From Eremomyces bilateralis CBS 781.70 (Eukaryota): a DNA stretch of 64,000 bases. Position numbers and translations under genes: made by a program. The stretch is from NCBI GenBank assembly GCA_010015585.1, contig ML975162.1, one strand, 5' to 3'. The number at the start of each line of letters is the position of its first letter. The stretch's first letter is position 1. This document shows positions 22,053 through 34,429 of the stretch, in pieces. The notes under the pieces were generated by a model. That model was not told where the DNA came from and did no database searches. It saw nothing but the letters and a program-made list of their open reading frames with translations.

Positions 22053-23711
22053 ATGCAAACGCTCCGCCAGTTCCTCAGTCCGGCTCCGTCACGTGGCTTC
22101 CGATATCGCCGACTCCCCTCCACATCCCGCATCCCCTCCACCGCCCGCCACAACTCCTCGCACGCTCGAAACCTTCACCACCAAACCCCCTTCCACTCCT
22201 CCGCTGCCGAAGCTCCCCAACAGCAACAATATCCCGACCCCCTCCCATCCACCAACCCCGCCCTCTCCTTCCCCTGCCTCGACCACGTCGAAACCCGCTC
22301 CGCCACCCTCTCCCGACGCGCCCCCGGTGCCGGCCCAGAACCCTCCTACACCACCGGCCGCACCGACACCTTCCACAGCACCGACCCCCTCCTCCTTGAC
22401 TGGGGCGGCATCCTCCCTTCGTTCGCGATCGCCCACGAGTCCTGGGGGACGCTCAACGCGGACCGCAGCAATGCGATCCTGCTGCACACTGGGCTGAGTG
22501 CGAGCAGCCACGCGGCGAGCACGGCGGCGAACGAAAAGCCGGGGTGGTGGGAGCGGTTTATCGGGCCGGGGCGGCCGTTGGATACGGAGCGATTTTTTAT
22601 CGTGTGTACGAATGTGGTGGGGGGGTGCTATGGGAGCACGGGGCCCGGAAGCGTGGATCCGGCGAATGGGGAGCGGTATGCGACGCGGTTTCCGATCTTG
22701 ACGATGGAGGATATGGTAAGGGCGCAGTTTCGGTTATTGGATTCGCTGGGGGTGCGGAGGCTGTATGCGAGTGTGGGGAGTAGTATGGGGGGAATGCAGA
22801 GCTTGGCGGCGGGAACACTGTTTCCGGAGCGGGTGGGGAGGGTTGCGAGTATTAGCGGGTGCGCGAGGAGTCATCCGTACAGTATTGCGATGCGGCACAC
22901 TCAGCGACAAGGTATGCCCCCTCCATTCAATCTGACGCTACGTGGGTCAGGTTTCTGACTATTTCCGCCAGTCCTTATGATGGACCCGAACTGGAACCGC
23001 GGCTTCTACTACGACGGCATCCCCCCGCACGCCGGCATGAAGCTCGCCCGCGAAATCGCCACCGTCACCTACCGCAGCGGCCCCGAATGGGAGCAGCGCT
23101 TTGGCCGGCGCCGCGCCGATGCCTCGCGCCCGCCCGCCCTCTGCCCGGACTTCCTCATCGAAACCTACCTCGACCACGCCGGCGAGAAGTGGTGCCTCGA
23201 ATACGACCCCAACAGCCTCCTGTACGTCTCGAAGGCCATGGACCTGTTCGACCTCGGCGCGGAACATCGGGAGATGATCGCGGGGTTGCGCGGCAAGAAT
23301 CAGTATAAGCTAGATGCGTACCGGCAGGGGGAGACGCTGGAGACGGCGGAGGCGGCGGATCTGTGTACGTTGACGCTGCCGGAGACGCCGTACCAGGAGA
23401 CAGGGGACGCGGAGGCGACGCTCGAGGAGGCGGCCGCGGCGGACATAGGCGCTTCGGACGAGCCGCCGGCGGATCTGGTGGCGGGGATGCGCCCGCTTGC
23501 GGACACACCGACGCTGGTATTAGGAGTCGCGTCCGATATTTTGTTCCCGTCGTGGCAGCAGCGGGAGATTGCGGAGACATTGCGGAAAGCGGGGAATAAG
23601 AAGGTGATGCATGTGGAGTTGGGGGTGGAGCAAAGTATGTTCGGACATGATACGTTCCTGTTGGATTTGGAGAACGTGGGGGGGGCGCTGAAGCGATTCT
23701 TGGAGCGGTGA
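22053..23711 (+). CDS. cysA: serine O-acyltransferase of the MetX/homoserine acetyltransferase family (CysA/Cys2 type); intron 22912-22971
   Basis: [27 protein letters not shown], nucleophile [34 protein letters not shown]; presequence-like N-terminus. Confidence 0.88.
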
Positions 23712-24127
23712 TCACACTGGTACATCGGATGTATGATGGCAGGGTGCACTTTGTGACGTTACTTTTGGATTATAGCGCAGCATTGCGAATTTAGATTATG
23801 GCGCCTTTGTCCCTAAGATCGCAATTGGTATCTAGTACTGTTCTATGTTCTATTGACTATCCGTGTTGAATATTACCGCTACGGTAGACGATTCAGAAGG
23901 GAGACCATGATGGTGTGATTGAATGACAGCACATTATGAAAGTTCCTTGCAGGTACGATATACAGTCCATACCCTATACGCTCATCTTAATGCTCTGTCG
24001 GCACTAAGTAGCGAAGCATCCTACTAAGTTCCTGACGTACCTGTTTCAAGTCCATGGAATCCAGGAAGCATTAGTCACGAGGCAAATACCTTTCGAAGGT
24101 AGAAGACAGTGACGTTAGCATCGCGCT

Positions 24128-24480
24128 TTCTAGAAGTTACACGAAAATGAGGGGGTGATGTTGGTGACTAGTGGGTAGTGACATCATGGAGCCCAGATCT
24201 TGATCGGCAGGAATGAAACCAATCGACGCTAATTGTCTGAATTCTCCATTTTTTGAGGCAAATGTATGTTTTGTATATTACGGCCAATGCGGGCCCTGGA
24301 ATACTGCAGGGATGAAATATGGCGTCGTTCATGGCCCATTCGAGATCTGAGCGACGAACGTCATTGCATCTTGATTGCGGTTGCCTTTCACGTTTGGCTC
24401 CAGATTGTTTGCTATATCAGGAGTTCAGGACTTCCACAGCATCCTGATCGATGACGTATTATGCTCATTGAGGGGAGGGG
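24128..24480 (+). promoter_or_regulatory. candidate HSE and STRE elements upstream of HSP12
   Basis: TTCtaGAAgtTAC at 24128-24140 (HSE-like); AGGGG at ~24150 and tandem AGGGGAGGGG at 24471-24480. Confidence 0.4.
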
Positions 24481-24618
24481 CTTTGGATACAAATACCGCG
24501 TCCACTGCTCCTTTCTCTCTCTCATTCTTCCAACACACAATCATAACCATCCAAACCTTTCTCCAATCTTCTTAGTCAAACCTAAAACCAAACCTTCCAA
24601 CCAAACCTACAAACCATC

Positions 24619-25003
24619 ATGTCTGACTTCGGCCGCAAAGATTTCTCCGACAAGGTCGGCGAGAAGTTCACTCCTGACTCCACCAAGTCCACCGGCGAGA
24701 AGTTCAAGGAGGGCGTCACCGGCACCAGCGACAAGGCCGCTCGGTATGTTCCCTTACCGGACTTCATCGTCAAACGCAGATTGCTGACCGTGACATAGCG
24801 GTGCCCAACCCGACAGCAGCAAGTCGCACACCCAGGAGGCCACCGACAAGTTCGGCCGCAGCAAGGACGAGCACGTCCACGGCGGCACCCACCAGTCCGT
24901 TGCCGGTATGTACCATTGTCTTCTTCCACGTCGCCATGTCCGCGCCCACTGACGCGTTGCAATAGACAAGACCAAGCACGCCCTCGGCATGGACAAGAAA
25001 TAG
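24619..25003 (+). CDS. HSP12: Hsp9/Hsp12 family stress protein, 3 exons
   Basis: MSDFGRKDFSDKVGEKFTPDSTKSTGEKFKEGVTGTSDKAARGAQPDSSKSHTQEATDK...DKTKHALGMDKK*. Confidence 0.9.
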
Positions 25004-25789
25004 ATGTCGACCCATCGCAGAGGAGATACCCATGAAGGCGTGATGACCTTCGAACGACACAGCGATGGGGTGATGAGATTACGATGTGCCTAATTTGCAA
25101 TGTGGCATTCTGAGATGTATTAATTATTGAGAAAGATGATCCAATGATACACCATTGATCCTTGATTGGCGACTTTGAATGCAACTTGTGACGATGTGAC
25201 TGCGCTATATCGACTGAACCATGTAAGAAACGTATACGAACGAAAGTGTGTGTATTATCGGTTTGTGAACTCAACCTTATTTCACTATTCGTCGAAACTA
25301 ACTCCGGTTTGCTTTTTGCCAACACTTTTCGTTCCAGGGAGATCCGGCCTCTCCACAATCCGTACTATTTCGTCGAACCATTATTGACCAGGTTGCGGTT
25401 TCCGAGCTATCCTTCCGCCATTACGGTTCCTATGGTACCACAGACAACAGACCATTTCAAGCCCAAGCAGAATTCATGACCATGATCAGGTTCCTGATTC
25501 ATGAAGGTGGAAGGTGGAGAGCTGCATCCTTCCGTTCGTGGCCAACAAACTCGGGACACGAATCCCACCAAATTTCAGAGAAGGCTGGGTTAGTTTTAGA
25601 TTTTCATGGAAACCAAGATAGATGTTGAAAAGGTAAGTATTTTTCCAATTCTATCACGATTTAGTTGCGAACAATAAATCATAAAACATTGAAATTCTCC
25701 GAAGTGGGGGGGTGGAGACTTGGTGTTTCAAATAAAGTGCCTCCGGGGGGGACGAAATTGAGTTACGTCTCTTGGCATTCTCCCAACCA

Positions 25790-25973
25790 TTACCTCAGCA
25801 AGCTCAGGCCATTATGGTCATGCCTGAGGCAACGAACCGCGCTATACCTAATTGGTATGGTCCTCTACCAAATAGCCTGAGTTACCTCAGCAAGCTCAGG
25901 CCATTATGGTCATGCCTGAGGCAACGAACCGCGCTATACCTAATTGGTATGGTCCTCGACCAAATAGCCTGAG
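25790..25973. repeat. 2 x 92-bp tandem duplication of the inner element's left TIR
   Basis: Units 25790-25881 and 25882-25973 are nearly identical (ctctacca vs ctcgacca). Confidence 0.92.
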
Positions 25974-26572
25974 GATTCTGTCATTGATTTTTGGCCTGAA
26001 TCGAGATCGTTTGTATGAGAGCAATTTAATCACTTCAACCTCGTTTTCCTCCACAACGAGCTATCATACAGTAAAATTGACACGTTCAATCGAATCCTCT
26101 ATCGTTTCTTGATAACCCAGTGAAATTTGGACGATGTCAGATCGAATCTCCTCTCGGCGCAGCGTACAACTGAACCCAACGTCTCTAGAGAGCAGAGAAT
26201 AGCTACGAACTGGTACTCGATCTGCGGTGGTTGGTTGACGATTCTGACGCAGTCTGGTTGCTTACATATCAGAGTTTTTTGCAAGACACAAGCATCGGGA
26301 GTGGAAAAAATTCAAATTCTAGATAGAGTATACCTTGCTGCACAGCCCAGTGAATTTAAGGGCAATTATAATAAGTCCCCGCGTTGTTATTGAAGAATAT
26401 GCAAAAGTGAGGTTTCCAAAATCGTGAAAAACACATGAAAATTATCGATCTATCAGTGAGCGTCATTGACAGAATCCTCAGGCTATTTGTTCGAGAACTG
26501 CATTTACCGATTAGGTATAGTGTGGTTTGTTGCCTCAGGCACGACCACAATGGCCTGAGCTTGCTGAGGTAA
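25790..26572. mobile_element. inner non-autonomous element with ~105-bp TIRs and an 8(-9)-bp TSD (Mutator- or hAT-like)
   Basis: TTACCTCAGCAAGCTCAGGCCATT... inverted at both ends; CCCAACCA at 25782-25789 and 26573-26580. Confidence 0.85.
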
Positions 26573-27377
26573 CCCAACCATCACCACCATCACAGGCAGG
26601 CCCAATTCGCTCAAAAACAGCATAATACCAAAAGTATACTCTTTTCCTAACTAAGCAACTATGAACTACTAGAGGTCTGTTTTGGTGAATTCTCCGCCGC
26701 GTTCTGGTTAAGATCGTGGGAACTGTGCATAGGGGAATGCCAAGAAAGGTAACTCAATTTCGTCCCCCCCGGAGGGTGTGATGCCTTAGGCATCAAGGTA
26801 TATATGGCCTCATGGTCCAGGCTTTGCTGTTGTCTTGGCAACCGGGGTGTAAACAAATCCTGATGACTGGCCCTCAAAAATTCACGAGAGGTTGGTTAAC
26901 CAGCCACATGAACAACCACGCCATTTTCATTTCACCACGCCGATAACACCACGACTACTGGACCACTGTCTCTCTCGCTCATGGAAAGTTAAGCTACATT
27001 CCTCTCTACTTCACAATTCTCCGCAAGTGACAATTCGAAACTTTCTGACCATCATCGCTCTCTTCGCAGGTTGTTGTGTACGACGAGTCCACCTCTTCAT
27101 TCTTCACGGTAACCCATCTCGGGCTACCGCGGTCGTCCGAAGACGACATCGACATTCCTTCTTGTGACACTCACTCGAAGTACATTCCATACCTCCCATT
27201 CATTCTTCGACAAGCTTCTCTATCTCCTTCGATAGCCTAAGTTCGCCCATCCGAGCACAGCGGACTGCTGCATCTCTCCTAAACCCTCCCTCCCGGCCCT
27301 TCGGGAGCCGTTGGAGACATTCCAGACAAGAGAAGCACGCCTCCTGCTGATCCCGCCGGACGGCACCATAATTCAAA

Positions 27378-28317
27378 ATGGCTGGAGCACGGTTTTCCGT
27401 GAGTCTGCAAAGTAAGCTCCACCCAATCCGCCCATCACCATGCACCAGGTAACTAACCCCCTCAGGACTCATCCCCTGGCTCGGCTACCACCACATCCTC
27501 ATGCTCCTCATCGCTATCGCCATCATCCTCCTCTCCTTCCTCCTCGCCGGCTGCTCCTCCACCTCCCCCCTCATCCCCGGCATCTTCCTCCTCTCCCTCT
27601 ACTACGAGAAATACACCCCCACCTACGATCCCGCCCAGGTCGAGCCCGGCGTCACCGCTGCCATCGCCAACATCGTCGGCCAGGCCCAGCTGGAGGTGCG
27701 GGTCGGGTACTTCGGTATCTGCGTGACGCCTGATGGTGGTGGCTTCCTGTGCGCGAACAACGCGACTGCGTTGGCACAGCAGATTACGATGGATCAGGAT
27801 CCGTTGAATTTGGTGTGGGTGGCGAGCACGTTTAAAGACGCGGTGGTGTTCCCGTACCTGATGTGAGTCTCCCAACCATCCCCTCCTACTCCTATTTCTA
27901 TCGAATGACATGTACTGACGGGAGCGTTTTCACAGCATCGTCGCCATCATCCTCGCCTTCATCGTCTTCGTCCTCCTCGCTACCTTCCCCGGCTGGCACT
28001 CCGAGCGCGACCAAGTCACCGGCTCCGACATCGACGTCAAGCCGTTCCCCTCCCGACCTGTTTCCCAAGTGGCCCTGGCGCTCATCTTCATCACGTCTAT
28101 CTTCATCCTCGTGTCCGTGCTGTGGCAACACACCGCGTCGGTGGCGGCGGCGGTGATCGCGCAGGATTTCGGGAACGGGAACGTCAAGAGCGGGGTGGGA
28201 ACATCGTCGATGGTGTTGGGGTGGTTTAGCTTTGCGTTGTTAGTCATCGTGACGATTGGGTTATTGGTGATGATTATTAGTATCGTGGTGTTGGATAAAT
28301 TGACGGATGGGGCGTGA
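27378..28317 (+). CDS. FIG1: Fig1-family mating membrane-fusion / low-affinity Ca2+ influx protein, 3 exons
   Basis: LIPWLGYHHILM...LLAGCSS...EVRVGYFGICV...DPLNLVWVASTFKD...KPFPSRPVSQVAL...LWQHTASVAA. Confidence 0.9.
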
Positions 28318-28895
28318 GGTGGATTTGACTGAGGTGGATAATTGATGAAGCGATCAGTTGTCAAGAATCCGTGGGGATGCAGTTATATATACACAGACCG
28401 AGGAATGAGAAAGACGAGACGCGACGCGGAATGGACGACAGGGAGCATGCATGGATTGGGAACATACCGTGCCTTGGTGCACATTGGCGAAATTGGGATG
28501 GAAAAGAAGGAATGGAATGCGGAATGCGTCGCCGCGATTGATCGGTGGACAGCAATTCCATTCTTACTCCGGGAATCAACCGGACTGCATGCGAAGGCGT
28601 TTCAGCGAAGGATGCTGGGCTTTTTGTCAATGTCGATGAGACGACGGCTGGAAGCCGGGAAGATGTATATAGCGACGCACACATAGAATTTGAGCGTTAT
28701 CAACACCTTGCTATTCCCTACATATGATTGAGGCGAGATGGTTCGATATAGCGGAGTAAACAGGTCGTTCATCTTAAAAGATGAGTTGACTCCTGGCTGA
28801 CCGTAACAAGTATCGTACACTATTCCATGTTCTATGTTATGTCCAATCTGGAGACTACAGTAAGTAAATATAGGGTATCTAAATCCCAATAATGT

Positions 28896-30372
28896 TCAGC
28901 CAAAGTAGCCTAGCACCGCTACTACCAACACCGCCGCTACTGCCACCCAATGGTCACGAACTCTAGATGTCGAAGCACTATTAGTATCTCCACCCGGGGT
29001 CTGGCTCGGGCTTGTAGCGTCCCCTGACGCTGAACTTGAGTTTCCAGGTATCGAAGTCAGGCTTCCAGGCCCAGAAGGCAAGGAACCTGGCAACGCCAAC
29101 CCACTCGCATGAGGGACGAGATTGGCCTGAATGACCTGCAAAGCTGAAAGCTGGTGGCCAAGGTCGGAGCTTCCTCCAACGTTGCTGCCGGTGCCTGGAG
29201 TCCAAGAATAGGAGCAGAACCCATCCGCGTCGGGGCATGCGTTCGATGCAGCCCCCTGGGCCGAGCTCCTCAGGAGCGGCAGGATGGTTGATGCTGAGAA
29301 TGGGGCATATTGCGCCGTCTGCGCCAGGTTCGAGGCGAAGATCCCTTTGTAGAAGCGATGGTCGATATTACAGGTTCCAAATGGTTCGCATGCCGCTTCG
29401 ATCATGATACCGTCGTCGAAGAAGATTGAAGAACGCTCCATTAGCTTTTCGACTCGGGTCCGCCATTGCGGAGAGCCATTCGTGATGTTGTACATGATAG
29501 CACTCCCGTGAAGGAGAAGTCCAGAATTGACAGTCCACTCGATGTGATTTATCTCACTACAGTCAGATTGTAGTTTAGTACCATCGTAAACGGCACCATT
29601 TGGGCCAACAAGGCCGATCGTTTCTAGCCAGTCAAACGTCTTGCTAGCCCAATCAGAGTAGGTATCATTTCCGGTCACGCGTGCCAGCCTGGCCGCGAGT
29701 TGAAAGAAGCCGGCATTCGAACCAGCATTTTTGTAGTTGTAGCCGTTATTAAACGGGAATATTCCCCGCCGTAGACCTCCATTGCAGCTTTCCGTATCCC
29801 AACGCAGTACCTGCGTATCGAAGACGTTCGAGGCGAGGCGCACGTAGGGGATGGAGTTTGAAGGGCTTACGAAGTCTCGTTCAGCGGCAGTAAGTGCTGC
29901 TCGACCCCAGTAGAATTGGTCCTCGTTCATCTGCTAGGGTTAGAAGTACGTCCACCGTCTTTGGCGTGTTCTGCATATGCATTAGACATACCAGGGTGGC
30001 GGTCTGATTCAGAGGCATATAGGCATCCTCAGGTCCTATTTGCGCCTGGAGCGCCTGCGCAACAAGGTCATTATAGGAGGAGTCGCCCGTCAGATGCCAA
30101 TAATCTACCAACGCATCCCATACAGCTCCGGCCGACCAGAAGTAGTATGGCGAGTTCCAAACCCCAATCGCATTCTCACTCTGGGTGCCGGGATAATCGG
30201 CAAGGACGCCTTTGGCTACCGACTTTGCGGCATCTTTGGTAGAATCTAAGCCAAATCAGCGGGATGCAAAATAGAGAGCCGGACGACGCGTACCAATGCT
30301 GTCCAGATCTAATGACAAGGCGTCCGTGGTCAAGGTAAGTGTTGCGAACGCAATCGCGCGGAAGAGACGCAT
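28896..30372 (-). CDS. GH76 Dcw1/Dfg5-like alpha-1,6-mannanase, signal peptide and GPI-like tail, 3 exons; divergent active site
   Basis: MRLFRAIAFATL..., PYYFWSAGAVWDALVDYW, YMPLNQTATL|MNEDQFYWG, WDTESCNGGLR..IFPFNNGYNYKN, FFQLAARLAR, S/G-rich linker, hydrophobic C-terminus. Confidence 0.88.
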
Positions 30373-30493
30373 GGTGACTCAGTACCAAGAAGTGAAGAGA
30401 GCGTAAACATTATTGAAAGGGTGAATTTCGTCCTCGAGGTTTGAAAAAAGTGCCAAAGGCTATGCCAGGTTCAAATCCTTGCTGTCCGAACAT

Positions 30494-30557
30494 GGTTAAC
30501 TAGTTAGTTAACTAACTAACTTAGTTAACTTAAGTTACACAGTAATTAACTTAGTTG
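30494..30557. repeat. TAAC/GTTA low-complexity palindromic cluster
   Basis: ggttaactagttagttaactaactaacttagttaacttaagttacacagtaattaacttagttgg. Confidence 0.8.
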
Positions 30558-31026
30558 GTTGTTCGATATTACTGGGGTAGGCAGGAGATCCACAGAAAAT
30601 AATCGATGAGATATATGAGGTACCGTCATCGCACTGAAACATCCCATGCGCTGCCTAAGTCTCAAAGGCGTGTAATCCAAAACGCCACCAAAAGAGAGAT
30701 ACGACTCATACTATAGTCTATAGTAAGGGTGCAGACAGTATGTCTACTAATACTCCTGCCGAGGATCTGATATGCCTCAAGTCCTTTGATACCGTAATCG
30801 CCTCAAGAGCCATTTTCGAAAGAAATGAAATCCAGGGCTAGTGAAGCAATATTTATTAGTTCGCACAGTAACTAGTGTGGTAATCAGAAAAAGTATCTTG
30901 TATAGGTACACAACGATATCTGGTATTGAACTAAGATTTGTCTATTTCCCACTCTATTGTCATAAGTCTAACGTTCTAGGTTTCGTTTTACCGACGTGTT
31001 TGAACCGAGCCACGGTTATGTTGTAT

Positions 31027-32823
31027 TTAGGCAGCAGTTCTCGCACCCAAGTTCAGCCGTTCCCATCGCATCAATAGCGCGGTCACCATTAAAAGCGCTC
31101 CAGCAGCGACGACGGCGCCAAATATCCGAGAAATAGTTTCAGCCACTGTATTAATAGCGAGATGAGCAAGTTCATCGTTCCCGGATCTGAAGACCGCAGA
31201 CTGGGTGCCCGCCAGCGCGGAGCGAATAGCATCCTCGGGTAAATCGTAACTGCCCAATGCATCCCTCAAGGCAAGAAAGCCTAGGTTCTGAAACAAACAA
31301 CCTACAATCGATAATCCTATCGAGGCTGCTCCGGGTTGAGCGACATTCATGTATCTGATCGCATTGTACTTGTCGTTGTCATCCACCTTGACTGCTGCGA
31401 CCGCGTACGCATTTTGGAAGGCCAGCCCCGTACCAGCGGCGAGGAGAACTTCGGCACCGTATATCCGTGCAACGCTTGTTGAAGGATCCGCAGTGAATAG
31501 TAATATACCGCCAGTCAGAATGAACGCCCCGCCAGCGAAGTACAATGCCGCGTACCGGCCAAATTTTTGAAGGAGTGCCCCAGAGACCATCATAAAGAAG
31601 ATATTGATGAAAATGAAGGGCAGCAGTCGCACAGCGGACGTGAGTGCGGAGTCGCCACGCGTGAACTGGAAGTAAAGAGGGATATAGTAGATCGTGATGG
31701 GACTAGCAGCGCACGCCGATGTAGCTATGAATAGAAGGACGAGGGTTCTCGATTTGAGGAAATGGACGGGAAAGATCCGATTCTCCTTCGTGGTGAAGAT
31801 GGTCCAGCCTTGTTGGATGATGAAGAGTACGAGGACCACGCCCCACACAGTCCAGACCGCAATCGAGAACCCGGAATTCCATGGATATGTCGAGCCGGAA
31901 AATGTGAGAACGACTTGGAATAGGACAAAGACGCCTGCATTGAGGATAGCACCGACCCAGTCGACCTGTTTTAGCTTCGCCATGACCGACTCCATGGGCC
32001 GAGGGTTTTTGGACGGGAATGCGAAGAAGTATACTGGGCTCAAAACCCCAGCGAGGGGCAAGTTAATGTAAAATGCCTACCACGGTTAGTGAGGATAGAG
32101 CTTTCGAACAACAAACTAACCCATCGCCATGTTGCACTACTGTCCGAAAACGCTCCGCCAATGACGGGGCCGAGGATGGCGCCTACTCCCCAAGACAAGC
32201 CAATCGAAGCATTATAAAGAGGAGCTTCGGATGGGGTGGCGAAGGCAGAGATATAATTGAGGGCACTGGTGGCTGTGTCAGTGTCTGATCTATGTCCGAT
32301 CATCATGGCTTCATTACCCGATATACATCCCCGCGCCCCCTATACCGGCGATGACGCGTCCAATAATCAGGGCGGTAGTGGTTGGAGCCGCCCCGCAAAT
32401 TGCGCTCCCAACTTCGAACAGGAAGATGAAGCTCAGGATCAACACTTTGATATCGAACAGAGCAAAGAGTGTCCCGACTAGAAGGATGACTGCGACTGAA
32501 CCCATTGGGAAACCAATTCCGATCCAGGGCAATTTTTCAATTTCGCCCAGTGTTTCGTACACCGGTCCTTGGACAGCGGCCGCGATCGTAGTATCCAAGC
32601 CTATGTGTGTCAGCGAGCAAAACCACACCCTTGAGGACCACGTACCGAAAAGGAGGCCTCCGAGATAGATTCCTATCATGGTTAGGATCCATCGCCATTG
32701 GGAAATATTTTCCCGCGGGTGCGGTGCTAAATCCGATTTCTCTCGAGGTTGAGCGCCTTCGAGATCGCTCGGTGGGGTTACCACCCCCTCTTTAGAGGGA
32801 GAGCTTGTTAGAGTCACGGACAT
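31027..32823 (-). CDS. MFS 14-TM drug:H+ antiporter (DHA14 / toxin-efflux type), 4 exons
   Basis: GLDTTIAAAVQ, FEVGSAICGAAP..LIIGRVIAGIGGAGMY, GAILGPVIGGAF..ATWRW, YYIPLYFQFTRGDSAL.SAVRLLP. Confidence 0.9.
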
Positions 32824-33649
32824 GAGAAACAGCAAGATAGACGAAGGATGGTTGAGTGATTGGCTTAGATAGTCAAAACAGTGGCTCAGAGTAAATAGAA
32901 GTAGTTGAGACGACGGATCCGCTTGCAAGACTGAAAGCACTGGTAAGAGACATATTATGCATTGCAATTATATTCCGTATTCTACCCACCGCAACGCGTT
33001 CTAGGACGAGTCGGCATCGTGGTTGTCCCGTAAGAGACGTTATCAAGATGAGCAATTGACCTGAACCGAAAACGTACGCATGGTTTACTGATCTATCCGT
33101 GCTGCGCTTAAGATCAACGGCGCAACTATTATTATTCTACGCTGGCATTGACGGTGGAGAAAGTTGATTCTGTGAGCGGAGTAGGTCGGACTCGGTCCCG
33201 AACACGACTGAATTTAGACGGCTCACGTGTGGAGGCTGAAATACGACGTAGTACGTCGTCGGACTCGGGCAAACTTCCCCCCGTCCTTATCTCCGGATTG
33301 GGGAATTTGTATCTCCTTTTTCGAGCATTTCTAACTCCGAAGAGAAATGAAGCTGCCTACGAACGTATGGAATACATCATTATTAATTATCCTCGAATCC
33401 AAGTCAAAATTACGGGTTCTCCCGTGAGAAGATTTTGCAGTCAAAGCATTGTGGTTGGTGCCATCATTCAGTCAGGGTCTCTTTAATTAAATGTATCATT
33501 GAATGGCAACATGATCGTGCATTCTCGGTGGACGCTCTCTTCAAAGTCAACTACACACATCGTTTTGTCTCGCCCTATCCATTCAAACGCGTCGTCTTCT
33601 CGCTCAGCATAGCGCTCCTGGAAAGCTCTTTCCCAGATCGCCTAAGATC

Positions 33650-33931
33650 TTACCATTTACATCCAGCGTCGTATGTATCGCCTTTTGCCGGGTGCAACCC
33701 GGATTGATTATTGTATTCGATCCGGAGTAACGTATCCTCTGGAGTCAGGGTCAGAGCTTGTTCTGTACGCGTGACAATCAACTTACTGCTGGGCGCACAT
33801 ATCGGCCAATCCAGTTCGAGAAGTCCCGCTGTAGGGTCTTTGGAAAATGCTGCCCAGGCCTGCCTTATGACTTTGGAGGTAGCCTCTTGTTCAGGTATAT
33901 TGGGTGAAGCTCCTGTCTTACGCTCCGTTTG
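33650..33931 (-). pseudogene. orphan 3' fragment of a type-B carboxylesterase/lipase gene
   Basis: EQEATSKVIRQAWAAFSKDPTAGLLELDWP|intron|DTLLRIEYNNQSG...TYDAGCKW*. An upstream in-frame TGA is present and no catalytic N-terminal part is visible. Confidence 0.6.
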
Positions 33932-34429
33932 TCACAGTCCCACGATGGCGATGGTTCCAGATAGGAGGCCATGTTGTGGTGGTTTCTGTGGAATGTTTGC
34001 ATTCCACCCACCACGGATATTTCTATCTCATTCTTCTTACCTCTCCCTCTTTCCTTTCTTTCTTTTTAGCTTGATTCTAACGAATCAACCTGTTCAAATT
34101 GGTCACTGAGTGATCCAAGGTGTCTTCGTTATACAACCTGTTTATCCACTCCATGTCTACCAGTGATTATTATCCTATAGGAGATTGCATAAGGATGCAA
34201 TGTGTGAGATACTTTAACTTCATTATAATTGGTCTAGTTTTCTGGGTTCGTATTAATCTATCTATTTATTTCTATTTAGATCAGTCTCTCTCCCAATTCA
34301 ATTTCAAATGTGCGTTGATTGTGTTCCATTAGGCCGATCCAGCCCTTAAGGCCTTTGCAGCGACACCATGCCAATCAGAGCTCCATCTTCAACGGGAATT
34401 GAAAGTTCGATTCCGTGGAATGGAAAATC

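Larger units (their letters stand above)
25740..26775. mobile_element. outer non-autonomous TIR element (~245 bp without its insert), ~44-bp TIRs, 3-bp GTG duplication
   Basis: CCTCCGGGGGGGACGAAATTGAGTTAC(G/C)T(C/T)TCTTGGCATTC at both ends, inverted; GTG at 25737-25739 and 26776-26778. Confidence 0.85.

Noticed and set aside
25790..25973. CRISPR-like or RNA-gene array
   Set aside because: Only two contiguous units with no spacers; they are a duplicated transposon TIR in a eukaryotic genome.
30464..30483. tRNA/B-box (CCAGGTTCAAATCCTTG)
   Set aside because: Isolated T-arm-like hairpin without the rest of a cloverleaf.
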